Of a stretch of DNA of 61,344 bases, positions 49,803 through 59,190 are shown one piece after another. The translations under genes and the position numbers were made by a program. Below the pieces are notes generated by a model. It did no database searches. It was not told where the DNA came from and worked only from the letters and a program-made list of their open reading frames with translations. Source of the DNA: a virus (taxonomy: Duplodnaviria > Caudoviricetes); IMG/VR virus record IMGVR_UViG_3300033153_010600, positions 1 to 61,344 of that record, one strand, 5' to 3'. Numbering within the stretch: position 1 is the stretch's first letter; each line of letters begins with the position of its first letter.

Positions 49803-49882
49803 AGAAGTGTGTTGCGAGCGGGCGAGCTCGTCGAAGGTCACGCGGCGTGGCAACGGCTAAAATTCGAGAAATGTGTTGCGAG
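49803..49882 (+). CRISPR. One-spacer mini-array
   Basis: Handle 49803-17, 29-nt spacer, full degenerate repeat 49847-82; opposite-strand cassette at 49743-71. Confidence 0.7.
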
Positions 49883-49897
49883 CGAGTGAGCGAGCGA

Positions 49898-50518
49898 ATG
49901 AGGGCGTGGGGCCAACTACAAGGACGTTATCCGTGGCCGGATCGGCAGCCAAGCGACCAAGGGGTCAAGCGGCCGTTTGGCTGGCTGCACAACAAGACGC
50001 AAGCGGCCCTGCGCCAGCATCTTGGCGAACACACGCGATACGTCGTGGAGTTGGGGACGTGGCTTGGCAGGTCGGCCCGGTTCATTTTGTCGTGCGCGCC
50101 GAACGCGAAAATAGTCTGCGTCGATCACTGGCAGGGCTCGCCGGAGTTGGGCGAGGACCACGGGCACCTGTTTGGCGAACCGGTGTATCAGGCGTTTCTA
50201 CACCACAACTGGGACCTGAGAGAGCGGATCGTGGCCGTACAGGACCGAACCGAGGCCGGCATAACCGAGGTCGTGATGGCCGGCCTGACGCCTGACCTGG
50301 TGTACATCGACGCCGCGCACGACGCGGAGAGCGTGCGGCTAGACGTATACGCATCAGCGATGGCGTTTCCCGACGCGATATTGGTCGGGGACGACTGGGA
50401 TGTGGACGCCGATCACTACGGCGTGGCGTCCGGCGTAGCGGATGGGTTGAGCCAGGCGTTCGCCAGCTACGACCTACGCAACAACGGCAAAGCGTGGTGG
50501 GCGAAAAGAGTGCCATGA
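49898..50518 (+). CDS. Class I SAM methyltransferase (Methyltransf_24-like)
   Basis: VVELGTWLGRS..CVDHWQGS..LVYIDAAH..GDDW. Confidence 0.85.
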   Translation: MRAWGQLQGRYPWPDRQPSDQGVKRPFGWLHNKTQAALRQHLGEHTRYVVELGTWLGRSARFILSCAPNAKIVCVDHWQGSPELGEDHGHLFGEPVYQAFLHHNWDLRERIVAVQDRTEAGITEVVMAGLTPDLVYIDAAHDAESVRLDVYASAMAFPDAILVGDDWDVDADHYGVASGVADGLSQAFASYDLRNNGKAWWAKRVP

Positions 50519-51288
50519 GAACCGATCTTCCCCCGTGTTACCGCTGCCACAAACAGCCCTGCAAGTGCAAGGACGGGGTGGCATTGTACCACGGCGACTG
50601 CCTTGACGTGATGCTCGCGATAGAGCCGGAGAGCGTGGACTTAGTGTTAACGGACCCGCCGTACGGCATATCACAAATAGGGGTATCGCACACACGAAGA
50701 CCAGGCAAGGGAAGTCGTAATTTCGATTTCTTCAACAACGATACTCCGCAAGAGGCCGTATCATTGATGTTGAAGGCGGCGGGGTTGTGCAATCGCCTTG
50801 TAACGGAGAAAGCGTCAGCCTACTGGTGGGTTGGCCATTACGGATTCGGTCCGCTCATCAGCTGGTATGAAGGGCAGTCGTGGAAAACGCGATTCCTCGT
50901 GTGGAACAAGGCCGCTCCCTGCCCACCTCCACCGGGTAGCGGATGGCCGAGTGCTGCGGAACTATGCGTCTACGCTTGGCGGCTTGGTCGGACATGGACA
51001 CACGACGGGAAGAACTATCCACAGTCAAACGTAATAACCGCCGATAGCTATAGGCATGGTATGCCGGGGAAGGTGAACCATCCCACACAAAAGCCACTGA
51101 CGGTCATTCGGCCGTTAATTCAGGCGTCTTCGTGCAAAGGACATACTATTCTCGATCCGTTTGCCGGCAGCGGCACAACCGGCCTCGCCTGCAAGGAACT
51201 GGGGCGAAAAGCCATTTTGATAGAGATCGAAGAGAAATACTGCGAAATCGCCGCACGGCGGCTTGAGCAGGGAATGCTGTTTGGCTAA
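50515..51288 (+). CDS. N4/N6 DNA methyltransferase
   Basis: LYHGDC, LTDPPY, HPTQKP, LDPFAGSGTT. Confidence 0.92.
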   Translation: MRTDLPPCYRCHKQPCKCKDGVALYHGDCLDVMLAIEPESVDLVLTDPPYGISQIGVSHTRRPGKGSRNFDFFNNDTPQEAVSLMLKAAGLCNRLVTEKASAYWWVGHYGFGPLISWYEGQSWKTRFLVWNKAAPCPPPPGSGWPSAAELCVYAWRLGRTWTHDGKNYPQSNVITADSYRHGMPGKVNHPTQKPLTVIRPLIQASSCKGHTILDPFAGSGTTGLACKELGRKAILIEIEEKYCEIAARRLEQGMLFG

Positions 51289-51967
51289 AGAGGCGTATCC
51301 TGTGTTCGTAACCGATTCGCACCTGTTCATTGGGATGCACCGCACGGGCACCACCTGGGTCTGCCGCGTGCTGGAGGCCGCGTTCGGCCCCAGCCAGATG
51401 CCCGTGCAGCACACGCCGATATCGGACGTGCCCGCCGAGTTCAAAGCCGGCCGCACTGTCGTCGGCGTCGTGTGCAATCCGCTGGAGTGGTATGTCTCCC
51501 GCTGGGCGTATTCGTACCAGACCACGAAGGACAAGTCGAAGCGGCTGGGCTTCTGCGATTATCTGGACCGGCACATGGGCAACCCGCAAGGGCCGATTGG
51601 CAAGGCGTGCGAAGACTTCCCCCAAACCGACATGCGGATCGGGGCGTACAGCTATCTCTACGTGTGCTACTTCTTCGAGCGGGCCCGCGAGTTGCTGCCG
51701 GGACTGGGCCCGGACCGGCTGCAAGAGTTGCACGACGAGGGGTGCTCAGTTAACCTGATGATGCGAAGGGACAACCTGACCCGCGACCTGATCGAGGTCT
51801 TCGGCGAGAGGGTGCGGCCACACCTTGGCGAGTGGCGCAACGCCACGATCCACGATCCGTGGCAGGACTATTACCGCGACGCCCGGGGCAAATGGTGGGA
51901 GCGCAGAATCCTTAGTCTCGACGCGGCAATTTTTCGGCGGTGGGGTATTGAAACCATAAGAGGATAG
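51281..51967 (+). CDS. Sulfotransferase-like protein
   Basis: FIGMHRTGTTWV..VCNPLEWYVSRW..WQDYY; start uncertain. Confidence 0.65.
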   Translation: MAKEAYPVFVTDSHLFIGMHRTGTTWVCRVLEAAFGPSQMPVQHTPISDVPAEFKAGRTVVGVVCNPLEWYVSRWAYSYQTTKDKSKRLGFCDYLDRHMGNPQGPIGKACEDFPQTDMRIGAYSYLYVCYFFERARELLPGLGPDRLQELHDEGCSVNLMMRRDNLTRDLIEVFGERVRPHLGEWRNATIHDPWQDYYRDARGKWWERRILSLDAAIFRRWGIETIRG

Positions 51968-52149
51968 CATGGCTAAAATTACGATTACACTTACAGATAC
52001 GCGAGAAGGTGAAATTTGCATTCAAGTGGTCACCACTCCGCCGGTGAAACCAGGCGACAAAAGTACGCCTGCCCAAAAAATAGCGGCAGCATGCCTGGCA
52101 GCAATCGCAGTGCGACACGATAGCGGGAGCCCAAACTAGGGGAAGTCGG

Positions 52150-53187
52150 ATGGCGAAGATCATAGTCGACCCTTATGTCCCCGGCAACGACAACCGGAAA
52201 TGCCGCAAGATGCGCCGGCTGGTTTACCTGGCGTGGATCGCACGCGACCTGGGGCACGAGGTGGCCGTCCACTACGACCGGGACGAGATCGACGCCCTAC
52301 GGCAGCGCACCGCCTACAATGGCAGGACGGACTTCAGCTACCTCGACCTGCTCGGATCGTTCCGCAAGTGTGTTGCGAGCGAGGACGCCGACCTGCTGAT
52401 CTGCTCGGAGGAGACGGCCCTGGGGCAGCAGCGGCCGGACTGCAAAGTGGCGGCATGGCGGTCGGTACTCGGTGGCGGACACAGGGCCGTCGAGCACCAC
52501 GACAAGTTTGACCTGCTCTGCGGCTATGCGTTTTCGCAGCAGGACTGGACGAGGAAGACAACCATAGAGGGAAAGCTGCGGCACGATACGCCCGTGCGGA
52601 ATAGGCTGGGCGACAAGTGGTTTTCAGTCCCGTGGCTGCCCTTTGAGTGCACGCTGCATCAGCTTCACAAGGACGGCCTATGGAAGGCGTATCTGCGGGA
52701 CGACCTGGACGCGATCCGTGAGCGATATGGGAGCGCCAAGAAGAGACGAGTGTTCGGGTTCGCGGGATACCCATGGCCATGGCGGACGCGGATTGCCGGC
52801 ATTTTCGACGGCGACGAGCGGTTCGTCTTCAGGTGGGCGGACTGCGCCGAGAAGGCCATGCCGCCCGCCGAATATCTGCGGTGGCTCAGCGAGTGCGAGG
52901 TGTCCATGTGCCTGCCGGGCGACACCTGGAAATGCAGCCGGTTCGCCGAGTCGGTGATGATGGGCGTCCCCGTAGTGCATCCCCGCGGCGTGGTCGACCT
53001 GACGCCGCCGTTGTCTAGCCTGAACGCGATACTGGTTGGGGAGTGGGAGGAGTTGGCAGACATGCGGGTGGCTGATCTCGACCTGATCGTTGCCAACGCT
53101 GACAAGGCGTACCGCGAGGGATGGGGACTTCGCGGGCAGTTCTCGCAACACACTTCTATGACTGCATTATACCATAAAAGAGCCTAG
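52150..53187 (+). CDS. Glycosyltransferase-like protein (GT-B/exostosin-like C-terminus)
   Basis: FGFAG..EYLRWL..SMCLPGDTWKCSRFAESVMMG. Confidence 0.6.
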   Translation: MAKIIVDPYVPGNDNRKCRKMRRLVYLAWIARDLGHEVAVHYDRDEIDALRQRTAYNGRTDFSYLDLLGSFRKCVASEDADLLICSEETALGQQRPDCKVAAWRSVLGGGHRAVEHHDKFDLLCGYAFSQQDWTRKTTIEGKLRHDTPVRNRLGDKWFSVPWLPFECTLHQLHKDGLWKAYLRDDLDAIRERYGSAKKRRVFGFAGYPWPWRTRIAGIFDGDERFVFRWADCAEKAMPPAEYLRWLSECEVSMCLPGDTWKCSRFAESVMMGVPVVHPRGVVDLTPPLSSLNAILVGEWEELADMRVADLDLIVANADKAYREGWGLRGQFSQHTSMTALYHKRA

Positions 53188-53367
53188 CGGGTGGCCACCG
53201 CGTGCCGATGCCAAAGTACGACCGGCACATGGACTTTGCGGCCCCGCAATCGCGGTAGCTCGCCGTAGACTTCCTCGGGGAGCAGGAGCGGCTCGACTAC
53301 GTGTCCCGGCAGAAGCCGAAGACGAGCCGCTTTATGGTATAATGCAGTCATAGAAGTGTGTTGCGAG
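53142..53367. repeat. Perfect 37-bp inverted repeat of the promoter + handle cassette
   Basis: TTTATGGTATAATGCAGTCATAGAAGTGTGTTGCGAG at 53331-67 (+) and 53178-42 (-). Confidence 0.9.
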
Positions 53368-53424
53368 GTAAACAATATGCCAACATGAGGCACACCAACC
53401 TCGGACAGAAACAAGATCAGGGAG

Positions 53425-54432
53425 GTGATGCCTCGCATGTCGTCTGCTAAAATACTGTTAGTCTATGACGTGCCGAACTGGGCATGGGGTTTTCGCGCCC
53501 AAGACATCCAGCGATTCGCCCCCGACGGCTTCGATGTCGAGACGGTGGACTACACGAGTCTCCCGAAGCGATACCCGCCGGAGCGGATACGCGACTACTG
53601 CGTGCTCAACTTTTCCTGGACCATGTGTCCGATGGGCTTGGTGATGCACGCCAAGCGGAACGTCGCGCTCGTCACTTGCGGCGGGCTGATCTACGACCGG
53701 CAGAGGGAGGGCGACTGGCGGAGCCGCGTTGTCACCGCGTCCCGAAACACGACGCGGGCGAGGCTACGGCTGCCGAACTTCGACGGCTGCATCGCCGTCA
53801 ACCGCGAAATCTGCGAGGCGGCCAAACAGCACAACGTGAACACCGTCCTAATACCGTCGGGCGTCAACACGGACTTCTGGTATCACAGGCCCATGCGGGG
53901 GTACGACGGACGGCTTCGCGTCGGCTGGTCCGCCCAGCGGCGGTGCAACGTCAAGGGGCTGCACGAGGTGCTAGAGCCGCTTGTGGCCCGATGCCCGCAG
54001 TACGACTGGCGGGTAAACGACCGCAACTTCAACGAGGCCATGAGCCGCGAAGAAATGCGGGACTGGTATCACGACCTGGACGTGTTTGTGAGCACGTCGA
54101 TCATCGAAGGCACGCCCTCGCCGCCGTTCGAGGCCGCGAGCTGCGGCCGAGTCGTCCTGTCAACCGACGTGGGCGTCGTGTCCGACTGGGACTACCTAGG
54201 GCAACGGGAGTTGCGCGCCCCGGCGTACAGGAATCAATCAGAGGCAAACGCAACGGTCGACTGGTTTGTCGCCAAGTTGGCAGAGATGGAGCGATACGCG
54301 AAGGCGGGCAGGCTGCCGAAGATCGGCGAGCTGCTTCGCCTGTCGGTGATCGCCAACTATTCGTACGACTCGCTCGCGGGCATTGCCCGCAAGTACCTGG
54401 AGTTTATCGCAGGGGAGAATGATGAAGCGTAA
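53425..54432 (+). CDS. GT4-like glycosyltransferase
   Basis: PSGVNT..LDVFVSTSIIEGTPSPPFEAASCG..STDVG. Confidence 0.88.
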   Translation: MMPRMSSAKILLVYDVPNWAWGFRAQDIQRFAPDGFDVETVDYTSLPKRYPPERIRDYCVLNFSWTMCPMGLVMHAKRNVALVTCGGLIYDRQREGDWRSRVVTASRNTTRARLRLPNFDGCIAVNREICEAAKQHNVNTVLIPSGVNTDFWYHRPMRGYDGRLRVGWSAQRRCNVKGLHEVLEPLVARCPQYDWRVNDRNFNEAMSREEMRDWYHDLDVFVSTSIIEGTPSPPFEAASCGRVVLSTDVGVVSDWDYLGQRELRAPAYRNQSEANATVDWFVAKLAEMERYAKAGRLPKIGELLRLSVIANYSYDSLAGIARKYLEFIAGENDEA

Positions 54433-55615
54433 CAACCAGTGTAAATTGCTGATCGTGTACGACGTGGGGCCGCCTCATTGCTCCGGCTGGGCCCAGTACA
54501 GACACGCCGAGGGACTGAGTCGTTACTCGCCGAAGAACGTGACCGTCCACATCGTACCGCTCGGTACCTACTTGCAGCAGCAGGAAACGTGGCTTTCGCA
54601 GTACGCGGCCGTGTACGTCATTTCGCTATACCACGCCCAGCCGCGAAAGGGTATTGGACGTCTTGCGGCATGCGTCGCCTCCCACGCCTGGACGCATAAG
54701 CGGCTAGACAAATCCGACTGGCGCACCTACGGCGTCAACAAGGACCGCTGCCATTCGGTTGGGGCGCAGCGGCTCCGCGGACTATATGCCGCCGTGTGCC
54801 GCAACGAGGCGCTAGGCAAGTGGGCTCGCTCACTCGGCGCGAACGTGGCCGTCATCCCGGCCGGCGTCGACTGCGAGATATTCAAGCCCGGTGAGTTCCG
54901 TCACGACACGAAGCGGCTCCGCGTGGGGTGGTGCGGCCAGCTTGGCGGGATCACGAGCTTCAAGGGCTATGACGAAGTGCTCCAGCCGTTGCGGCACCTG
55001 TTCCAGCAGTACGATTGGCGCGTCAACACCAGGACGCACGAGAACGCCTACTCTGCGGAGCGCATGGCCGACTGGTATCGCAGCCTGGACGTGTTCGTTT
55101 GCACGAGCAGTGCCGAAGGAACGCCCAATCCGGCGATGGAAGCCGCGGCGTGCGGCGTTCCCGTCGTCGCGACCGACGTGGGGCAGCTGGCCGACTGGGA
55201 CGACTTGCGGGAGACGGGCATGATCGTGCCGGACTGGGGCAACCAAAGGGAAGCCCAGATTGTTGTCAACAAGATAGCTGGACGGCTGACCCTACTGGAG
55301 GAGCCGGCGGTAAGGCGGGAGTGCCGGGAGCGGCTGCTGCAATCCGTCGCGGACCGATACGATTATCGTGTCGTGACCCCGGAGACGCTGAATTTCTTGC
55401 TGGCGGGCATCAAAAAGCCGGTGGCGCCTGTGGCCCAGACCACCCTCCAGGCCGACGCGGCGAGGTGGGACTACATGCGGCGGCGGCTAACCACGAAGCG
55501 ACGCGACGCGAAGGGCGGCAAGCTGTGGCGGTTCGAGCCTCTCCGCAACTACCACGGGGACACGGTTGACGAGGCCATGGACAAAGCGATTGCCGACGAG
55601 CAGGAGGGCGGGTGA
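54419..55615 (+). CDS. GT4-like glycosyltransferase
   Basis: PAGVD..LDVFVCTSSAEGTPNPAMEAAACG..ATDVG. Confidence 0.88.
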   Translation: MMKRNNQCKLLIVYDVGPPHCSGWAQYRHAEGLSRYSPKNVTVHIVPLGTYLQQQETWLSQYAAVYVISLYHAQPRKGIGRLAACVASHAWTHKRLDKSDWRTYGVNKDRCHSVGAQRLRGLYAAVCRNEALGKWARSLGANVAVIPAGVDCEIFKPGEFRHDTKRLRVGWCGQLGGITSFKGYDEVLQPLRHLFQQYDWRVNTRTHENAYSAERMADWYRSLDVFVCTSSAEGTPNPAMEAAACGVPVVATDVGQLADWDDLRETGMIVPDWGNQREAQIVVNKIAGRLTLLEEPAVRRECRERLLQSVADRYDYRVVTPETLNFLLAGIKKPVAPVAQTTLQADAARWDYMRRRLTTKRRDAKGGKLWRFEPLRNYHGDTVDEAMDKAIADEQEGG

Positions 55616-56628
55616 TGCCGAGCGTCCTTGTGCGTTACGACGTGGAAAACTGGGCCTTTCACCGCCGTGCCCTCGGCCTGCAACGGTATCGCCGGCCCGG
55701 CGACCAAGTGACGATCGCCAGCGACTACGCCTACGGCATGGGCGTAGCCGACGGCGAGTACGACGCCGTGCTCCTGTGCGACATGACATCCAGCTTCCCC
55801 GGTTCGCGGCCCCACTGCCGGGCCGGGAGAATAGTGCGGCTCGTCGGGTCGCACGGGTGGTTGTACCCCGAATACGATCCCGACGACTGGCGGACGAAGG
55901 GAGTGAACGGCCGCAACTCCAACCAAGCCGCGTCGATCGTGGAAGACTGCGACACGGTGGTCGTCTATAGCGCGGAGCAAAAGCGGTTCTTCGACTCGAT
56001 CCACAGCGACGTGCGGCTCATGCCGTACTCGATCGACACAAATGTGTTCAGACCGCGTAGGATAACGGCCGAATTCGAGAAGTGTGTACGGAGGCTCCGC
56101 GTGGGTTGGTGCGGCCAGCTTGGCGGCGGCGAAGGGAGCTTCAAGGGATTCGTCGAGGTCATGGTGCCCGTGATCGCCAGGCTCGGCGAGCAATTCGAGT
56201 GGTCGATCAATCACCGGGACTTCCGTACGGCGCTGAGCGGGCCGGACCTGGCCAAGTGGTATCAGTCGCTCGACGTGTTCCTTTGCACCAGCGTGGCGGA
56301 GGGGGGGCCGCAGACGGTATTCGAGGCCGCGGCGTGCGGATGCGTGCCCCTGTCGACGGCGGTCGGGCAGGTGGCGGACTGGCGGTGGATGCGCGACAAG
56401 AGCCTGACGACGCCCCCGCCGGCGAACGCGGAGGACGCGGCTCGCGTGGTAGGCTGGTTCGTCGAGAGCCTTCGCTACATGGACGCCAACAGGCAGATGC
56501 GCGACCGGTGGAGCCAGGACGCCGTCCGCGCCGTCCGACGCGACTACGACGCGGCGGAGTTAGTGCCCCAGCACCTGGCAATTATCACGGGGCCCGCTTG
56601 CTCGCTTGCAACACACTTCTCAGCATAA
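55612..56628 (+). CDS. GT4-like glycosyltransferase
   Basis: LDVFLCTSVAEGGPQTVFEAAACG; internal degenerate repeat 56061-93; antisense cassette 56605-38 encodes the tail LATHFSA. Confidence 0.88.
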   Translation: MMPSVLVRYDVENWAFHRRALGLQRYRRPGDQVTIASDYAYGMGVADGEYDAVLLCDMTSSFPGSRPHCRAGRIVRLVGSHGWLYPEYDPDDWRTKGVNGRNSNQAASIVEDCDTVVVYSAEQKRFFDSIHSDVRLMPYSIDTNVFRPRRITAEFEKCVRRLRVGWCGQLGGGEGSFKGFVEVMVPVIARLGEQFEWSINHRDFRTALSGPDLAKWYQSLDVFLCTSVAEGGPQTVFEAAACGCVPLSTAVGQVADWRWMRDKSLTTPPPANAEDAARVVGWFVESLRYMDANRQMRDRWSQDAVRAVRRDYDAAELVPQHLAIITGPACSLATHFSA

Positions 56629-56661
56629 CTGTATTGTACCGTATCCTTGGAGGGAAGGATA

Positions 56662-56940
56662 ATGTTTACTCGCTGGACAGCCCTATTGTGGCGGTGGTTC
56701 CGTATGCAGATTACATTTCGCTGGCCGATTCGCTCCCCAGTTTCGATCGACCTGCGAAATTTCATCTACATGTGCCGGCGGCTTCGGCGGCGGACTAACT
56801 GGTATCGGTGCGTCGACTGCGGGCGGTGGGCGCACACGGACCTCGGCGTTGGCGGTTGCCACTGGGCCGAGCGGGTCGACGGCAAGGCAAGGATCGTCGG
56901 CTGGTGCGAAAAATGTGGCCGAAAGAGGACGATAACATGA
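56662..56940 (+). CDS. Small Zn-finger protein
   Basis: CVDCG..CEKCG; GGAGG upstream. Confidence 0.5.
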   Translation: MFTRWTALLWRWFRMQITFRWPIRSPVSIDLRNFIYMCRRLRRRTNWYRCVDCGRWAHTDLGVGGCHWAERVDGKARIVGWCEKCGRKRTIT

Positions 56941-57884
56941 ACGTCGTCTTTCTGATTAGTCGCCGATTACACGAGATGAAGGTCGATAGACACAGACCTT
57001 CCCTGGCTGCGGCGCTGACTCGTCGTGATGACTGCCGCGTCATCACGACCGGCCACGGCTGGCCGGGCTACGACAGCGGCAGGACGGTCTCGCAGAACTT
57101 GGCAAACATGGGGCTTTCGCCCGACGTGCTATGGGTATACCAGACGGCGGCCGACCATATTCACGAGGGTGTCCGCTCGGTCGAGGCCGTGAGGTGTCTC
57201 TTGATATACGACGCCTACGAAACCAAAAAGCGGAAGGCCGAGGTGGAGGCCGTCGAGCCGCAGGTCATCGTTCACACGCACGCCAACGACGCCAAACGCC
57301 TGGCCAAGATCGCCCCTCGCGCCAGGCGCGTCCACGTGCCGTTCGGCGTCGACAAGGCCACGTTCTACCGGCCGGACTACGGCGAGCGGCCGATCGACTG
57401 CCTGGTGGTCGGCCAGACGGACCCGGACACGTACCCCCTGCGTGCCCGGTGGCGGAGGCTCGTGGAGTCCGGGGCGATCCCCGGCGAGGTCCGGCGGATG
57501 CCGTCCTACCGGCTGGAGCCCGCCCAGTGCGTCCGCCAGTACGTGGAGTGGGGCGAGCACATGCGGCGGGCGAAGATCGTGCTCACCGGCGGCTCGAAGT
57601 ACCGCTACGCGCTCCAGGTCTACTACGCCGCGGCGATGTGCGGCTGTGTGGTGGTCGCGGACATGCCGGACGACTTGGTCTACCGCGAGACGCTGGGCGT
57701 GCACCAAGTGGCAGTCGACGCGGGAGCCATTCACGATTCGCTGGCGAACACCGTCAAGCGACTTCTCCGAGATGACCTGGCGATCCGCCAGCGCGGCCTC
57801 GCGGCCCGCAACACATGCCTGGAACTCTACACGACGGATATCGTCGCGGAGCGGTTCGTCGAGGAGTGCAGTGACAACGGCTGA
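56937..57884 (+). CDS. GT-B (CgeB-like) glycosyltransferase
   Basis: TGHGWPGY..HVPFGVD..YPLRARW..AKIVL..YRYAL. Confidence 0.75.
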   Translation: MNVVFLISRRLHEMKVDRHRPSLAAALTRRDDCRVITTGHGWPGYDSGRTVSQNLANMGLSPDVLWVYQTAADHIHEGVRSVEAVRCLLIYDAYETKKRKAEVEAVEPQVIVHTHANDAKRLAKIAPRARRVHVPFGVDKATFYRPDYGERPIDCLVVGQTDPDTYPLRARWRRLVESGAIPGEVRRMPSYRLEPAQCVRQYVEWGEHMRRAKIVLTGGSKYRYALQVYYAAAMCGCVVVADMPDDLVYRETLGVHQVAVDAGAIHDSLANTVKRLLRDDLAIRQRGLAARNTCLELYTTDIVAERFVEECSDNG

Positions 57885-57906
57885 AAGTCAAGAAGTGTGT
57901 TGCGAG
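57871..57906 (+). repeat. Lone full CRISPR repeat between convergent GT paralogs
   Basis: GTGACAACGGCTGAAAGTCAAGAAGTGTGTTGCGAG; contains the stop of 56937-57884. Confidence 0.9.
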
Positions 57907-57908
57907 GC

Positions 57909-58925
57909 TCACAGGCACCTCTCCACGGCCGCGACGAACCGCTCCGCGAAATGCTCCTGCGTGTACGCCTCCCGCCACAGCCGCCACGCCGCTTCGCTCC
58001 GCTCCTCCAGCCCGCCGTCGTCCTCCATCGCGGTACGCACCGCCCCGACCAGTTCGGCGTCGTTGGCCTCCGGATCGACCTCGACAATGTGCTTCCCCAG
58101 CCCATCCCTGAACACGTCGTCGTCCGGCATGTCCGAGACGTGCACGGCCCCGGCGGCGGCGGCTTCGGGGAACCTGGCGAGGGCGTAGCGGTAGCGGCTG
58201 GAACACCCCAGCACGACCTTCGCCCGCCCCAGAAGGTCCGCGTACTCCTGGACGTATTGGTTGGCCTCCGCCAGGTTCTTGGCCAGGTGCGGCGGACGGG
58301 CGTGACAGTGCACCGGCGTCCCGATTGCTACGGATACCTTGCCCTGTAGGTCCCGCCACCGGGCCCGCAGCGGGTAGTGCTCCCGCCCGATAGTCCCTGT
58401 CAGCACGACGGGTATGTCCCGGCCACGCCATGAGCGCCTCGCTGCCCCGAACACTGCCGACTCCGCACAGTGGTGGATCACCTCGACGGCGATGCCCCGC
58501 TTCTCCGCCTCCTCCAGACGCGGGCGGTCGTTCGCGTGCGACAGGACGCAAAGGCCGACGCGGCGGTCGACCATCTGCTGCCAGAAGGGTATTCCGGGAA
58601 GCCCGCCAATTCCATGCCACGCTTCTTGAAGCTTCTCCACTAATAGGTAATTGCTGCCAATGGATCGGTAATCCCTGACGGCCGGAATTCGCACGCCGCC
58701 AATCCGTGTTCCTTCGATCTTGTAGCCAATCACGGCGTCGATGTTCGGCATGAGTCGCTTGATGTTCTGTACGCCTGTCAGCTTGTTGTCCCAGTCCGGC
58801 CAACCCACACCCGAATAGTGGAACTCGACACCGCCGTGATTGGCCACCGCCTCCATATCGTGGCGGCGGGACGCGGAGACGCGGCGCAACCACATGAGAT
58901 ACGGGCAGATATAGAGCAGTCGCAT
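57909..58925 (-). CDS. GT-B (CgeB-like) glycosyltransferase, paralog
   Basis: SGVGWPDW..YPLRARW..AKVVL..YRYALARFPE. Confidence 0.75.
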   Translation of the reverse strand: MRLLYICPYLMWLRRVSASRRHDMEAVANHGGVEFHYSGVGWPDWDNKLTGVQNIKRLMPNIDAVIGYKIEGTRIGGVRIPAVRDYRSIGSNYLLVEKLQEAWHGIGGLPGIPFWQQMVDRRVGLCVLSHANDRPRLEEAEKRGIAVEVIHHCAESAVFGAARRSWRGRDIPVVLTGTIGREHYPLRARWRDLQGKVSVAIGTPVHCHARPPHLAKNLAEANQYVQEYADLLGRAKVVLGCSSRYRYALARFPEAAAAGAVHVSDMPDDDVFRDGLGKHIVEVDPEANDAELVGAVRTAMEDDGGLEERSEAAWRLWREAYTQEHFAERFVAAVERCL

Positions 58926-59190
58926 CAGTCTTCGTCCTCCTGGTCCTCCGGACAGCACACATGCCAATGGTGGGCGGGGACTTTGTCCGGAATCGGCCCA
59001 TCATAGTAGAGCACCCCATGCACGAGTGGCTTCTGGCAGTCGAGCCGCACCGTGCAGACGCCGCCATTATTATCGTCGCAGATACACTTCAGACACTCTC
59101 GCAACACAACTTCGCCGGGAAATTCGCCGGCTCTGAACAGCGTCCTGAGGACCACGCGCTGACCAATGTGCAGTGGCATGGCAATTTCTC

